A stretch of DNA of 64,000 nt, taken from positions 2,781-66,780 of the forward strand of contig CAZIZG010000007.1 of the NCBI GenBank assembly GCA_964543815.1, in the 5' to 3' direction. Positions 29,514 through 38,249 of this stretch are shown here, in pieces (the first letter of the stretch is position 1; each line of letters opens with the position of its first letter). Source of the DNA: an uncultured Bdellovibrionales bacterium (GTDB taxonomy: Bacteria; Patescibacteriota; Minisyncoccia; Moranbacterales; UBA1568). The notes beneath the pieces were generated by a model. It was not told the origin of the DNA. It saw nothing but the letters and a program-made list of their open reading frames with translations, and ran no database searches. Both the position numbers and the translations under genes were made by a program.

Positions 29514-32501
29514 TTATGACCGCTTGAGACTCAAGGTAAATACTTCACCATCGAGCGTGACAGTTTCTTGATACTCAGCATCAGCTAAAATACCTTTTTC
29601 TATTGTTGTCGCCAGCACTTCGCGAGCGATATCAGCTTCAAACTGAGCAAATACTTCTTCTTTGCCTACATAGCTTAAAACGATACGGTCCTCGACATTG
29701 AACTGGGCCTTCTTGCGTCCCTCTTGAATAGCCCGTACCACCTCACGCATCTCACCTTCGAGTTTGAGTTCGGGAGTGATAGTTAAATCAAGAATGGTCA
29801 TTGAGCCCTTGTATTCATCCTTGTAACCTTCACTATCATAAATCTTCACATTTAATTCTTCCTTTACTATTTCTTGAAGTTCCAGGCCTAGCGGTCTAGC
29901 ACTCACTGAAGATAACGGTTGTCGCACCTTAATTCCATGTTTTACTCTATCATTCAGCCCTTCCGTTACAATGAAGCGAGCAAGTTTCATATCTTCATTC
30001 AACTTCTCATCAACTAAAGCCGAATCTACCACTGGATAATCAACAAGATGCACTGACTCTTCTCCCGTGAGACCACGATAGATTTCCTCAGCGATAAACG
30101 GTGTGAATGGCGCCATCAGTTTCGAGAGCGTGACTAAAACTTCATAGAGCGTCTGGTAAGCCTGCTCTTTATCGGTATCATCTTCTGATTTCCAGAAACG
30201 TTTGCGGCCCCGACGGATATACCAGTTGGAGAGGTTATCAACAAACGGCGTAAAGGCCCGAGTGGCACGGTTCAGTTCGTAGGTTTCCATGGCGCCGTTC
30301 ACCTCCTTGATGAGAAGTTGAAGCTCGGAGAGGATCCAGCGGTCCATCAGATTCTCCGATGACTTCGCGTTTTCTTTGGGGGTCCAGTTATCGATACTCG
30401 CATACGTGGTAAAAAACGAGTACGAATTCCAAAGCATGCGGAAGACGTTCCTGACGATATCAGACAGGTCCCGCTCCGAAAAATTCAAATTCTCGGCGGC
30501 CACCACCGGTGACGAAAGGAGATAGAACCGCAAAGCATCTGACCCATACTTATTGAGGATCTCCATCGGGTCAGGATAGTTTTTGAGCTTCTTCGACATT
30601 TTCTTCCCATCCTCAGCCAAGACGATACCGTTCACGATAACATTCTGAAACGCGTTACTTTCTTTGATACCAGTGGCGATAACGTGCTGGTAGTAGAACC
30701 AGGCTCTGGTCTGATCAACTCCCTCCGCAATAAACTGGGCCGGAAATGCGGCATCAAACTGTTCCTTGTTTTCAAACGGATAGTGCCGCTCACCATAGGG
30801 CATGGAGCCCGAATCAAACCAGGTATCAAGGACATCTGGGGTGCGTTCCATAGTGCCACCACACTTGGGACAAGGTACTGTCACCCGATCAACCACATGC
30901 TTGTGAAGATCATCCACTTTAACTCCGCTTGCTTTTTCAAGTTCTGCCACCAAACCAAACACTTGCTTCTCACCGCAAGCACACAGCCACAGCGGCATAA
31001 CAGAAGCCCAAAATCGCTGCCGACTGATAGACCAATCCCGGGCACCCTCAAGCCACTTCCCCCAGCGTCCCTCCTTAATATGCGTAGGTGACCAGTGAAT
31101 ACCCTTGGCAAGCTCGAGCATCTTCGGCTTGATTTTCGTTACTGCCACAAACCACGAACTCGTCGCATAGTTGAGAAGCGGGGTATCACAGCGCCAGCAG
31201 TGCGGATATGAGTGCTCATATTTTTCTTTGGCAAAGAGTGTCCCGTGCTTAGCGAGATACTTGATAATCTCGACATCCATCGCTGATGGATCTTCTTTGG
31301 ATTTCACTGGCTGGCCGGCAAAATCTGATACTTCAGGTTTCATCGTCCCATCCATGGCAACATGCTGTACCCACGGCAGATTATTCGCTTGGCCAAGTTG
31401 CATATCATCTTCACCAAAGGCCGGCGCCTCATGAGCAATACCTGTCCCCATATCGGTCGTGACGAAGTCAGCATGATAAATCTTCCAGCCATTTTCACGA
31501 TGCTCAAGTTTTTCGTCCTTGGCGTAATAATCAAAAAGTGGTTTGTAAGCTTTACCAACAAGTTCAGAACCATTAAACGAAGATACTTGCTCAAAAGAGT
31601 AATTTAAATTCATCTTCTGACACCAATCACTATCATTCAATTTTTCTTCAAAAAAATTTTTGGCCACAATCAGAAAACTCTCGCTAGTACTTGGTCGAGT
31701 ATAGTTTTCTGGTTTCGAAAGATCATTAACGATCATTTCGGCATATTGACGCACCTTTACATACTCAATATCCTTATTCACTGCCAAGGCGACATTGCCC
31801 GGCAAGGTCCACGGTGTCGTGGTCCAAGCCAAGACAAAAGTTCCCGGTTCGTCTACCAATTCAAACTTGGCTGTCACTGCCAAATCTTTCACGTCCTTGT
31901 AGCCTTCGGCGACTTCTGATTGAGAAAGGGTCGTCTCACAACGCGGACAGATATGCATGGTCCGATACGATTCATAGATGAGTCCCTTGTCCCACAGTTC
32001 CTTAAATACCCACCAAACACTCTCCATGAAATCCCGATCCATAGTGCGGTAGGCATTCTCCATGTCCGCCCAGCGACCGAAGCGACGCATCACTTTTTTC
32101 CACTCCCCTACATATTCAAGCACTTTAGAGCGACAAATCTCATTAAACTTCTCAATCCCGAGCGCCACGATTTCTTTCTTGTGAGTCATCCCGAGTTCCT
32201 TCTCTGCAATGTTCTCGATGGGTAGACCATGGCAGTCCCACCCCCACTTACGTTCTACTTGATACCCCCGCATAGTAAAGTAACGCGGCACGGTATCTTT
32301 GATAGCGCTCGCCACGATATGACCATAGTGTGGTGTCCCGGTAGCAAATGGCGGCCCATCATAAAACGTATAGCGTTCTTTCCCCTCGCGATTGATAACA
32401 GACTTCTCAAATATCTTGCGATCTTCCCAATACTGGACGATTGATTCTTCCAACTTCGGAAAACTCACTTGTGACGCCACCTTCTTAAATTTCATAGCCA
32501 T
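29514..32501 (-). CDS. ileS: isoleucine--tRNA ligase (type 2)
   Basis: DGPPFATG.PHYGH, GWDCHGLP, WTTTPWTLP, DWSISRQR, KMSKK; start at 32501 or 32495. Confidence 0.98.
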   Translation of the reverse strand: MAMKFKKVASQVSFPKLEESIVQYWEDRKIFEKSVINREGKERYTFYDGPPFATGTPHYGHIVASAIKDTVPRYFTMRGYQVERKWGWDCHGLPIENIAEKELGMTHKKEIVALGIEKFNEICRSKVLEYVGEWKKVMRRFGRWADMENAYRTMDRDFMESVWWVFKELWDKGLIYESYRTMHICPRCETTLSQSEVAEGYKDVKDLAVTAKFELVDEPGTFVLAWTTTPWTLPGNVALAVNKDIEYVKVRQYAEMIVNDLSKPENYTRPSTSESFLIVAKNFFEEKLNDSDWCQKMNLNYSFEQVSSFNGSELVGKAYKPLFDYYAKDEKLEHRENGWKIYHADFVTTDMGTGIAHEAPAFGEDDMQLGQANNLPWVQHVAMDGTMKPEVSDFAGQPVKSKEDPSAMDVEIIKYLAKHGTLFAKEKYEHSYPHCWRCDTPLLNYATSSWFVAVTKIKPKMLELAKGIHWSPTHIKEGRWGKWLEGARDWSISRQRFWASVMPLWLCACGEKQVFGLVAELEKASGVKVDDLHKHVVDRVTVPCPKCGGTMERTPDVLDTWFDSGSMPYGERHYPFENKEQFDAAFPAQFIAEGVDQTRAWFYYQHVIATGIKESNAFQNVIVNGIVLAEDGKKMSKKLKNYPDPMEILNKYGSDALRFYLLSSPVVAAENLNFSERDLSDIVRNVFRMLWNSYSFFTTYASIDNWTPKENAKSSENLMDRWILSELQLLIKEVNGAMETYELNRATRAFTPFVDNLSNWYIRRGRKRFWKSEDDTDKEQAYQTLYEVLVTLSKLMAPFTPFIAEEIYRGLTGEESVHLVDYPVVDSALVDEKLNEDMKLARFIVTEGLNDRVKHGIKVRQPLSSVSARPLGLELQEIVKEELNVKIYDSEGYKDEYKGSMTILDLTITPELKLEGEMREVVRAIQEGRKKAQFNVEDRIVLSYVGKEEVFAQFEADIAREVLATTIEKGILADAEYQETVTLDGEVFTLSLKRS

Positions 32502-32504
32502 AAA

Positions 32505-32745
32505 ATATAAAATCCTTAGCATAAAAACATGCTAAGGACGCTTGGAAATCAAACGTGGTACCACCTTGCTTCTCCGTCTGAGACGGACTCATTACAGCTT
32601 TCACGGGCTTACCCGCCAAGGTCTACTCGTCGCTCCGAAGCTTCTCGGCACATGACGACGTTCTTCTTGGAGCTCTGGAGTGATGCCGACCATTTCGGCC
32701 GGGTCTCCTTCGACGCTGCTGGCCTCATGGTAGCAACAGCTCATC
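32505..32745 (-). ncRNA. T-box riboswitch (Ile, AUC specifier) with intrinsic terminator
   Basis: T-box GGTGGTACCACG (32565-32554) with a CGTCC antiterminator partner; specifier ATC at 32684-32682; Stem II GAAGAAC...AGTAGA; Stem IIA/B CGGGTAAGCCCG; terminator tccttagcat/atgctaagga plus T-run. Confidence 0.9.
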
Positions 32746-32755
32746 AAAAAATCAA

Positions 32756-33163
32756 CTACTTGAGACCGTGAGCCACGAAACAATCGTGGTACTGGCGATC
32801 CATGCCCATGATGTGCTCCACCAGCCAATCTTCGAGAAAATCGAGTACCTCATAAGGATTATCGAGTTGTTGAGACTCCCAGTCTCCTTTCAATGTAAGC
32901 AGCCTCTCTGTCAAACGCTGGTGAGCTGCCTTGTGTTCGGTTGCATGATCATAGTGAAACTCGTCAAAGTAACGCTCCTCTGATTCAAAATGAAAGTCAG
33001 TATATTTGATAAGCTGTTCGAATATATCCCCGAGCACCTCCTGATCTTTTCTCTCAATAATAGAAGCATACAAATCATTGATGATGCCAAAAAATATTTT
33101 GTGCTGTTCGTCAAACATTTCTACTCCCACACTGTATTTATCGCTCCATTCTATCTTGGTCAT
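32756..33163 (-). CDS. bacteriohemerythrin
   Basis: W...YSVGV..FDEQH, HFESEE, EHKAAH, WLVEHIMGMD di-iron ligands. Confidence 0.95.
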   Translation of the reverse strand: MTKIEWSDKYSVGVEMFDEQHKIFFGIINDLYASIIERKDQEVLGDIFEQLIKYTDFHFESEERYFDEFHYDHATEHKAAHQRLTERLLTLKGDWESQQLDNPYEVLDFLEDWLVEHIMGMDRQYHDCFVAHGLK

Positions 33164-33206
33164 ATTCGTGACATAAATTGATTACATCTCTAAAGTGGAT
33201 ACCAGT

Positions 33207-33911
33207 CTAGTCTCGAATCGTGACCCGACCAATCCGCGGAGTGAGCGTCCGGCACCATTCTTCCATTTCTGTCCGAGAAAAAGGATGGTATGAGGCAAAG
33301 AGCGGATTGAGGGTATGATCTGGCCGAAAGGTTTGCAGAAAATAACGTTCAGCTCCAGACAGAAGATTGGCCATACTCGAGAGCACCTCCTCCGAATGTA
33401 CTTCTTTGATAAGGGTGGTACGAAATTCATATGGAATACCCGAGTGTTTCAACAGGTTGATGCTCTGCTCGATGTTTCCGGCCTGAGCACTTCCACCCAC
33501 GAGCGTCTCATACGTCTCAAGCGAGGTCTTCACATCCAGAGCCACATAATCAACGAGCCGCTCATGAAGTAACGACCGCAGCATCTCCGGATGATTTCCA
33601 TTAGTATCAAGCTTGGTAAGGAATCCTATTTCCTTGATGCTCCGAAAAAAATCTGGGAGATCCTGCCACAGAGTCGGTTCACCGCCTGATACCACGACAC
33701 CTTCGAGAAGTCCCACTCGCTTCCTGAGAAAATTAAAGAACGTCTCCTCGGCAATAAAGCCGCCCGAGAGTTTCTGAATCTGTTCCGGCAGCACAAACTC
33801 CGGATTATGACAGAAACCACAACGCATATTACAGCCGGGAGTAAAAGCAATACAGGCTACCCTATCGGGATAATCGAGCATGGTGAATTTCTGAATAGCG
33901 GACAGCTTCAT
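33207..33911 (-). CDS. nrdG: anaerobic ribonucleotide reductase activating radical-SAM enzyme
   Basis: LDYP...GCNMRCGFCHNP, SGGEPT, KLDTNG, YEFRTT; adjacent to nrdD. Confidence 0.95.
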   Translation of the reverse strand: MKLSAIQKFTMLDYPDRVACIAFTPGCNMRCGFCHNPEFVLPEQIQKLSGGFIAEETFFNFLRKRVGLLEGVVVSGGEPTLWQDLPDFFRSIKEIGFLTKLDTNGNHPEMLRSLLHERLVDYVALDVKTSLETYETLVGGSAQAGNIEQSINLLKHSGIPYEFRTTLIKEVHSEEVLSSMANLLSGAERYFLQTFRPDHTLNPLFASYHPFSRTEMEEWCRTLTPRIGRVTIRD

Positions 33912-33920
33912 ACGAAGAGA

Positions 33921-34124
33921 CTAGGCTGATTTACCTCCGTACCGCGCCTCAAATGAAACATTGTCTGCCACGCATTCCTCAAAGTGCTTGCGAGAATAAT
34001 GTTCCGCCTTTTTGCCGACATTGAAATGGGAGACAGGGCGATGATAGCCCATGACCCGAGTCCATACCTCACACCGAGTTCGCTTTTCATTTTGTTCTAC
34101 CTGAGACATAGATTTGTGGTTCAT
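33921..34124 (-). CDS. stand-alone NrdD glycyl-radical C-terminal domain (67 aa)
   Basis: CEVWTRVMGYHRPV..FNVGKKAE...R is the NrdD glycyl-radical motif. Confidence 0.9.
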   Translation of the reverse strand: MNHKSMSQVEQNEKRTRCEVWTRVMGYHRPVSHFNVGKKAEHYSRKHFEECVADNVSFEARYGGKSA

Positions 34125-34132
34125 ATGTGTTA

Positions 34133-36247
34133 TTATTTTTCAGCCTTGGCACTGGCATACGTCTTCCGATAGGCTTCATCATAGCGTTCTCCTCCGACAC
34201 CGAGCTCAGTATCACACTTGGGACAAAAATCATATTCCCCCGAAAGATATCCGTGTTTGGGACAAATGGAAAATGTCGGAGTAATAGTGATGTACGGCAA
34301 CCGATAGTGAGTGAGAATTTTTTTGACCAAGTTGCGACAGGCCTGCGGTGTTGAAATCCGTTCGGTCATATAACAGTGAAGTACCGTCCCACCCGTATAC
34401 TTTGTCTGGAGATGATCCTGAAGATCAAGCACTTCAAACACGTCATCAGTATACCCAACCGGCACCTGAGATGAGTTGGTATAGTAGGGAGCGTCCTTGG
34501 TCCCGGCCTGGAGAATATCCGGGAAGCGTTTCCTGTCTTCTTTGGCGAATCGGTAGGTTGTTCCTTCGGCTGGTGTCGCCTCCAGGTTATAGAAGTTATG
34601 CGTCTCTTCCTGAAAGGATTTAATCTTCTCCTGCATGTGTACGAGCACTTCCTCGGCAAAGGCATTCCCCCACGCGGTCGTAATATTTTCTTTGTCGTCA
34701 GTAAAGTTGCGGATAGCCTCGTTTAATCCATTTACCCCGATAGTGGAAAAATGATTCTTGAGATATCCGAGATACCGTTTGGTATAAGGAAATAGCCCTC
34801 GATCAATCCATTCTTGGATGACCTTACGTTTCAATTCGAGTGATGTCTTCCCGAGTTCCATCAAGCGGTCAATCTGAGCAAAAAACTTTTCCTTATCACC
34901 TTTGGTGAGGTAGCCAATACGGGCAGCGTTGAGCGTCACAACGCCGATTGAACCGGTCATTTCCGCTGAACCGAATAATCCTCCACCGCGTTTCCGTAGT
35001 TCCCGCAAATCAAGCTGGAGCCGACAGCACATGGAGCGGACATCACCGGGATTCAAGGTTGAATTGACGAAGTTCTGAAAGTACGGCGTCCCATACTTGG
35101 CGGTCATCTCAAACAACGGCAAATTCTTCTCACTCTCCCAATCAAAATCCTTGCCGATGTTGTAAGTGGGGATAGGAAAAGTAAACGTGCGTCCCCTGGC
35201 ATCACCCTGACTCATCACTGCGATAAAGGCCCGGTTCACGATATCCATCTCTTTCCCCAACTCTCCGAAAGTATAGGAAAATGGCTTCCCTCCAAGGATG
35301 AGCCGCTTATCCCTGAGGTCTGCCGGACAATCCCAATCAAGGGTGATGTTGGTAAACGGTGTCTGTGTTCCCCAGCGCGACGGGATATTCAAATTAAAAA
35401 TAAATGACTGGAGATTCTGATAGACATGCGCATAGACTTTATCCGCGATATACGCTTCTCGCACTTTCCGTGACGGAAATTTCATCTGATATTCCTTGAG
35501 ACTCTCCCGCAACTCGAGTTCATACTTCTTCACAAAGGGAGCCATATAGGTATCAAAGCTCGAAAATGCCTGTGCGCCCGCCCATTCGTTCTGAAGCGTC
35601 CCTAGAAAATTCACCATCTGTGAAACAGCGGAGGACAGATGTTTGGGTGGCCCCGACTCAACCTTATTGTCGACACCATTGAAACCCTCTTCGAGAAGCA
35701 CCCGGAGACTCCAGCCAGCACAATAGCCTGAGAACATATCAAGATCGTGGATATGATAATCACCATTACGATGGGCTTCACCGACACTCTTCGGATAAAT
35801 ATGGGAGAGCCAGTAATTGGCGATAACACTCCCGGCAGTATTCAGGATAAGTCCCCCGAGTGAATACCCTTGATTAGAATTAGCATTAACCCGCCAGTCC
35901 GCCCGATTGAGGTAATCCCCCACGGTTTTTTCTACCTCGACCACTACGTTCTTGTCTGCCCGAGCCTCTCGTCGTTTTTCCCGATACAAAATATAGGCCT
36001 TAGCCATCTCGGCATAGTCGAAGCGAATAAGTACGTCCTCTACTACATCCTGAATCTGTTCAACGGTGGGAATCTGCTCGCCGTACTGTTCTTCGAGAGT
36101 CACCTCTACTTCTTTGACAAGCGTCTCGACAATAACGAGGTCGCGCGCGCCGGTGGCTTCGGCCGCTTTTCGGATAGCCTCCTTGATTTTTCCCAGCTCA
36201 AAATCAACAATCGAACCATTTCGCTTCTGGACTTTGTAGAGTGGCAT
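34133..36247 (-). CDS. nrdD: class III (anaerobic) ribonucleoside-triphosphate reductase with ATP cone, lacking the glycyl-radical tail
   Basis: ATP cone KRNG..VDF...KI, IHDL...YCAGW, SMCCRL, EATPAEG, YTGGT, CPKHG...CPKC; ATG at 36247. Confidence 0.95.
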   Translation of the reverse strand: MPLYKVQKRNGSIVDFELGKIKEAIRKAAEATGARDLVIVETLVKEVEVTLEEQYGEQIPTVEQIQDVVEDVLIRFDYAEMAKAYILYREKRREARADKNVVVEVEKTVGDYLNRADWRVNANSNQGYSLGGLILNTAGSVIANYWLSHIYPKSVGEAHRNGDYHIHDLDMFSGYCAGWSLRVLLEEGFNGVDNKVESGPPKHLSSAVSQMVNFLGTLQNEWAGAQAFSSFDTYMAPFVKKYELELRESLKEYQMKFPSRKVREAYIADKVYAHVYQNLQSFIFNLNIPSRWGTQTPFTNITLDWDCPADLRDKRLILGGKPFSYTFGELGKEMDIVNRAFIAVMSQGDARGRTFTFPIPTYNIGKDFDWESEKNLPLFEMTAKYGTPYFQNFVNSTLNPGDVRSMCCRLQLDLRELRKRGGGLFGSAEMTGSIGVVTLNAARIGYLTKGDKEKFFAQIDRLMELGKTSLELKRKVIQEWIDRGLFPYTKRYLGYLKNHFSTIGVNGLNEAIRNFTDDKENITTAWGNAFAEEVLVHMQEKIKSFQEETHNFYNLEATPAEGTTYRFAKEDRKRFPDILQAGTKDAPYYTNSSQVPVGYTDDVFEVLDLQDHLQTKYTGGTVLHCYMTERISTPQACRNLVKKILTHYRLPYITITPTFSICPKHGYLSGEYDFCPKCDTELGVGGERYDEAYRKTYASAKAEK

Positions 36248-36309
36248 AAGCACCGAAATTAAAAAATGAATTTTGTCTCGCATAGTATTAAACACCAAAA
36301 AAACAAAAA

Positions 36310-36325
36310 GGTGTCATATGACACC
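36310..36325 (-). terminator. perfect palindrome (terminator or operator) between the sigma gene and nrdD
   Basis: ggtgtcatatgacacc followed by a T-rich run on the minus strand. Confidence 0.5.
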
Positions 36326-36353
36326 CTTTATCGTTTCAACGGTATTTTTTGCT

Positions 36354-37430
36354 TTATCCAAGGTTCTTTTTCAATTTTTTCCGGGTCCGACTCAAAATGA
36401 GCTTTACCGCATTTTCAGTTTTTCCAAGTTCTGTAGCGATAGCTCGCACCTTGAGTCCATCACGATACTTGGCGAGCATCACCTGACGTTCCAGGGGCGT
36501 AAGCCCCTGAAGCAACGCTTCCAACCCAATGGTTGTTCTTGATACCTCTACCGCCGCCGATTCCTCCTGTCCGGAAAGCGCCACAAACTGGGTATGATTT
36601 TGACGATAATAATTCACGAGCACGTTGTGGGCAACCCGGATGAGATAGGTCGCATACGAAGCATTGGTTACCCGGAAAGTAGGAAGCGCCCGGAAAGCCC
36701 GAATAAACACTTCCTGAGTAAGGTCCTCAGCTAAGAGCGTATTTCCAAAAAGTCGACGGGAAAAATATTCCCGTATCGTTCCGACATACTTGGAGTACAC
36801 TTCCCCAAAGAATTCTCCCTGTTCCTGTGCCAAGGCAACAAAGAAGGCATCTTCGGTACGATCTGAAAAAAGATGCTCTGTTGGCTCAATCAGCGCCTCC
36901 TTGAAAAAACTAGCACCGTCAGTAAATCCTTCCCAAGAAAACGATGACTGAAAGAAGACGGGATTCCCGGTACTTCTTTGGCCAAGTCGCCTCAACATCC
37001 AAGAAAAAAATTGCTCGTCTTGTTTTTGTGCTTTGGTATGAGCCAAAAATTCTTGCCCAAACTGAATTTCACTCTCACGTCCCAAGAGCTCAGGATGCAC
37101 TTCGGCAAAATAACGAGTTATCCCTTCTTGGTCATGAATAGGGACAATAAAAATATGCTCATCATGTTGTACGCCATTTTTCCGAGTATTATGAACTTCG
37201 CCCACAAAAGATTGACCCTCTGCCTCAATTGTTTTCCATAATGAGGCATAAAACTTCTTACGCATTTTTCCACCCCACAATTCACCTGGTTTTTTTCCTA
37301 CAATTTCTGCTACGGAAAATCCGGTCCGCCGTTCAAGAGCAGCACTGGCATAGAGAACACGCGAATCCAAATCAGTGACCAAGAGGCCACCCGGGAGTCG
37401 ATCCAGAGTTTCTTTGAGAGGAGTCATCAT
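36354..37430 (-). CDS. PAS domain - ECF sigma-70 factor fusion
   Basis: N-terminal PAS (VTDLDSRVLYAS..LERRTGFS..EIVGK...LWKTI...GEVHNTRKNG); sigma2 (AEDLTQEVFIRAF...YLIRVAHN) and sigma4 (LTPLERQV...IATELGKTENAVK.ILSR). Confidence 0.88.
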   Translation of the reverse strand: MMTPLKETLDRLPGGLLVTDLDSRVLYASAALERRTGFSVAEIVGKKPGELWGGKMRKKFYASLWKTIEAEGQSFVGEVHNTRKNGVQHDEHIFIVPIHDQEGITRYFAEVHPELLGRESEIQFGQEFLAHTKAQKQDEQFFSWMLRRLGQRSTGNPVFFQSSFSWEGFTDGASFFKEALIEPTEHLFSDRTEDAFFVALAQEQGEFFGEVYSKYVGTIREYFSRRLFGNTLLAEDLTQEVFIRAFRALPTFRVTNASYATYLIRVAHNVLVNYYRQNHTQFVALSGQEESAAVEVSRTTIGLEALLQGLTPLERQVMLAKYRDGLKVRAIATELGKTENAVKLILSRTRKKLKKNLG

Positions 37431-37481
37431 GGCCGCTTCATTACTGTCTTCATCATACCATGGTCACTTTACCCAAGAAAA

Positions 37482-37501
37482 AAGACCCTCTTTCGGGTCT
37501 T
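37482..37501 (-). terminator. intrinsic terminator after the histidine phosphatase gene
   Basis: aagaccc-gaaaga-gggtctt followed by Ts on the minus strand. Confidence 0.6.
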
Positions 37502-38069
37502 ACAGTATCTGCCACACCACCTCAGTACAGGATCCTTTTTCGGGGTACCAGCCTTCAGCTGCCCGACCCGGCCCTTCATGCACGAGGATACCATGGAGTT
37601 GCTCCAATGGGTCGCCATGGGAGACCAGAATCACTTTCTTGCCAATATACTGCCCTTTGAGCTCATCCAAAAATTCATCAAGTCGGCTACGGACATGAAG
37701 CATACTCTCCATATCATCAGCCACATCAGGAGAAAGCCGCATCTGTGGCTCTGGATATTTTTTCAAAAGCTCTTTCTGGCTCTGCTCATTGAACCTCCCC
37801 ATCCCCACTTCCCAGAGACGGTCATCAAATTTAATCGGGAGTCCCGTCGTTTCAGAAATGATACCGGCTGTTTCTTTGGCTCTGAGGATAGGTGAACTAT
37901 AGAGAACATCAGCACCAACTGTTGCGAGAAAGACACCTACTTTTTTCGCCTGTTTACGTCCTCGCTCGGTCAAAGGATATTCTTTCTTAGCACCAGCCGA
38001 ATTGAGAATAAAGCGAACATTGTTCTCCGCCTCACCGTGACGCACCAAAAAAAATGTAATCGCAGCCAT
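37500..38069 (-). CDS. histidine phosphatase family protein
   Basis: LVRHGE, SSPILRAKETA, VSHG. Confidence 0.93.
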   Translation of the reverse strand: MAAITFFLVRHGEAENNVRFILNSAGAKKEYPLTERGRKQAKKVGVFLATVGADVLYSSPILRAKETAGIISETTGLPIKFDDRLWEVGMGRFNEQSQKELLKKYPEPQMRLSPDVADDMESMLHVRSRLDEFLDELKGQYIGKKVILVSHGDPLEQLHGILVHEGPGRAAEGWYPEKGSCTEVVWQIL

Positions 38070-38075
38070 ATTCAC

Positions 38076-38231
38076 TTAGTGCATGAGATGATAAATATCA
38101 ACACCAGCTGCCACCAAAAAGATAAGAGCTGTTGAGCCAACAACTTTCATCACAAAAAAAACAAGCTCTTCATCCCAGCCAAGCTGCCGTTTGTATTTTT
38201 TCCGATAGTGTTTCGGGAGACGGTTAATCAT
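38076..38231 (-). CDS. small basic single-TM protein (51 aa; below the ORF-track cutoff)
   Basis: MINRLPKHYRKKYKRQLGWDEELVFFVMKVVGSTALIFLVAAGVDIYHLMH fills the argS-phosphatase gap on the operon strand. Confidence 0.55.
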   Translation of the reverse strand: MINRLPKHYRKKYKRQLGWDEELVFFVMKVVGSTALIFLVAAGVDIYHLMH

Positions 38232-38249
38232 GACTGTTTTTCTTTTGTT

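Noticed and set aside
32529-32828. ORFs 32529-32771 (+) and 32601-32828 (-)
   Set aside because: They overlap the T-box RNA and show no protein features.
34124-34135. Stop-codon readthrough or recoding joining nrdD to its radical domain
   Set aside because: Two tandem TAA stops and a different frame; TGA also acts as a stop elsewhere in the window, so code 25 does not apply.
36248-36353. NrdR boxes or an ECF promoter upstream of nrdD
   Set aside because: No convincing tandem NrdR box; a TGAAAC hexamer is present but lacks a recognisable -10 partner.
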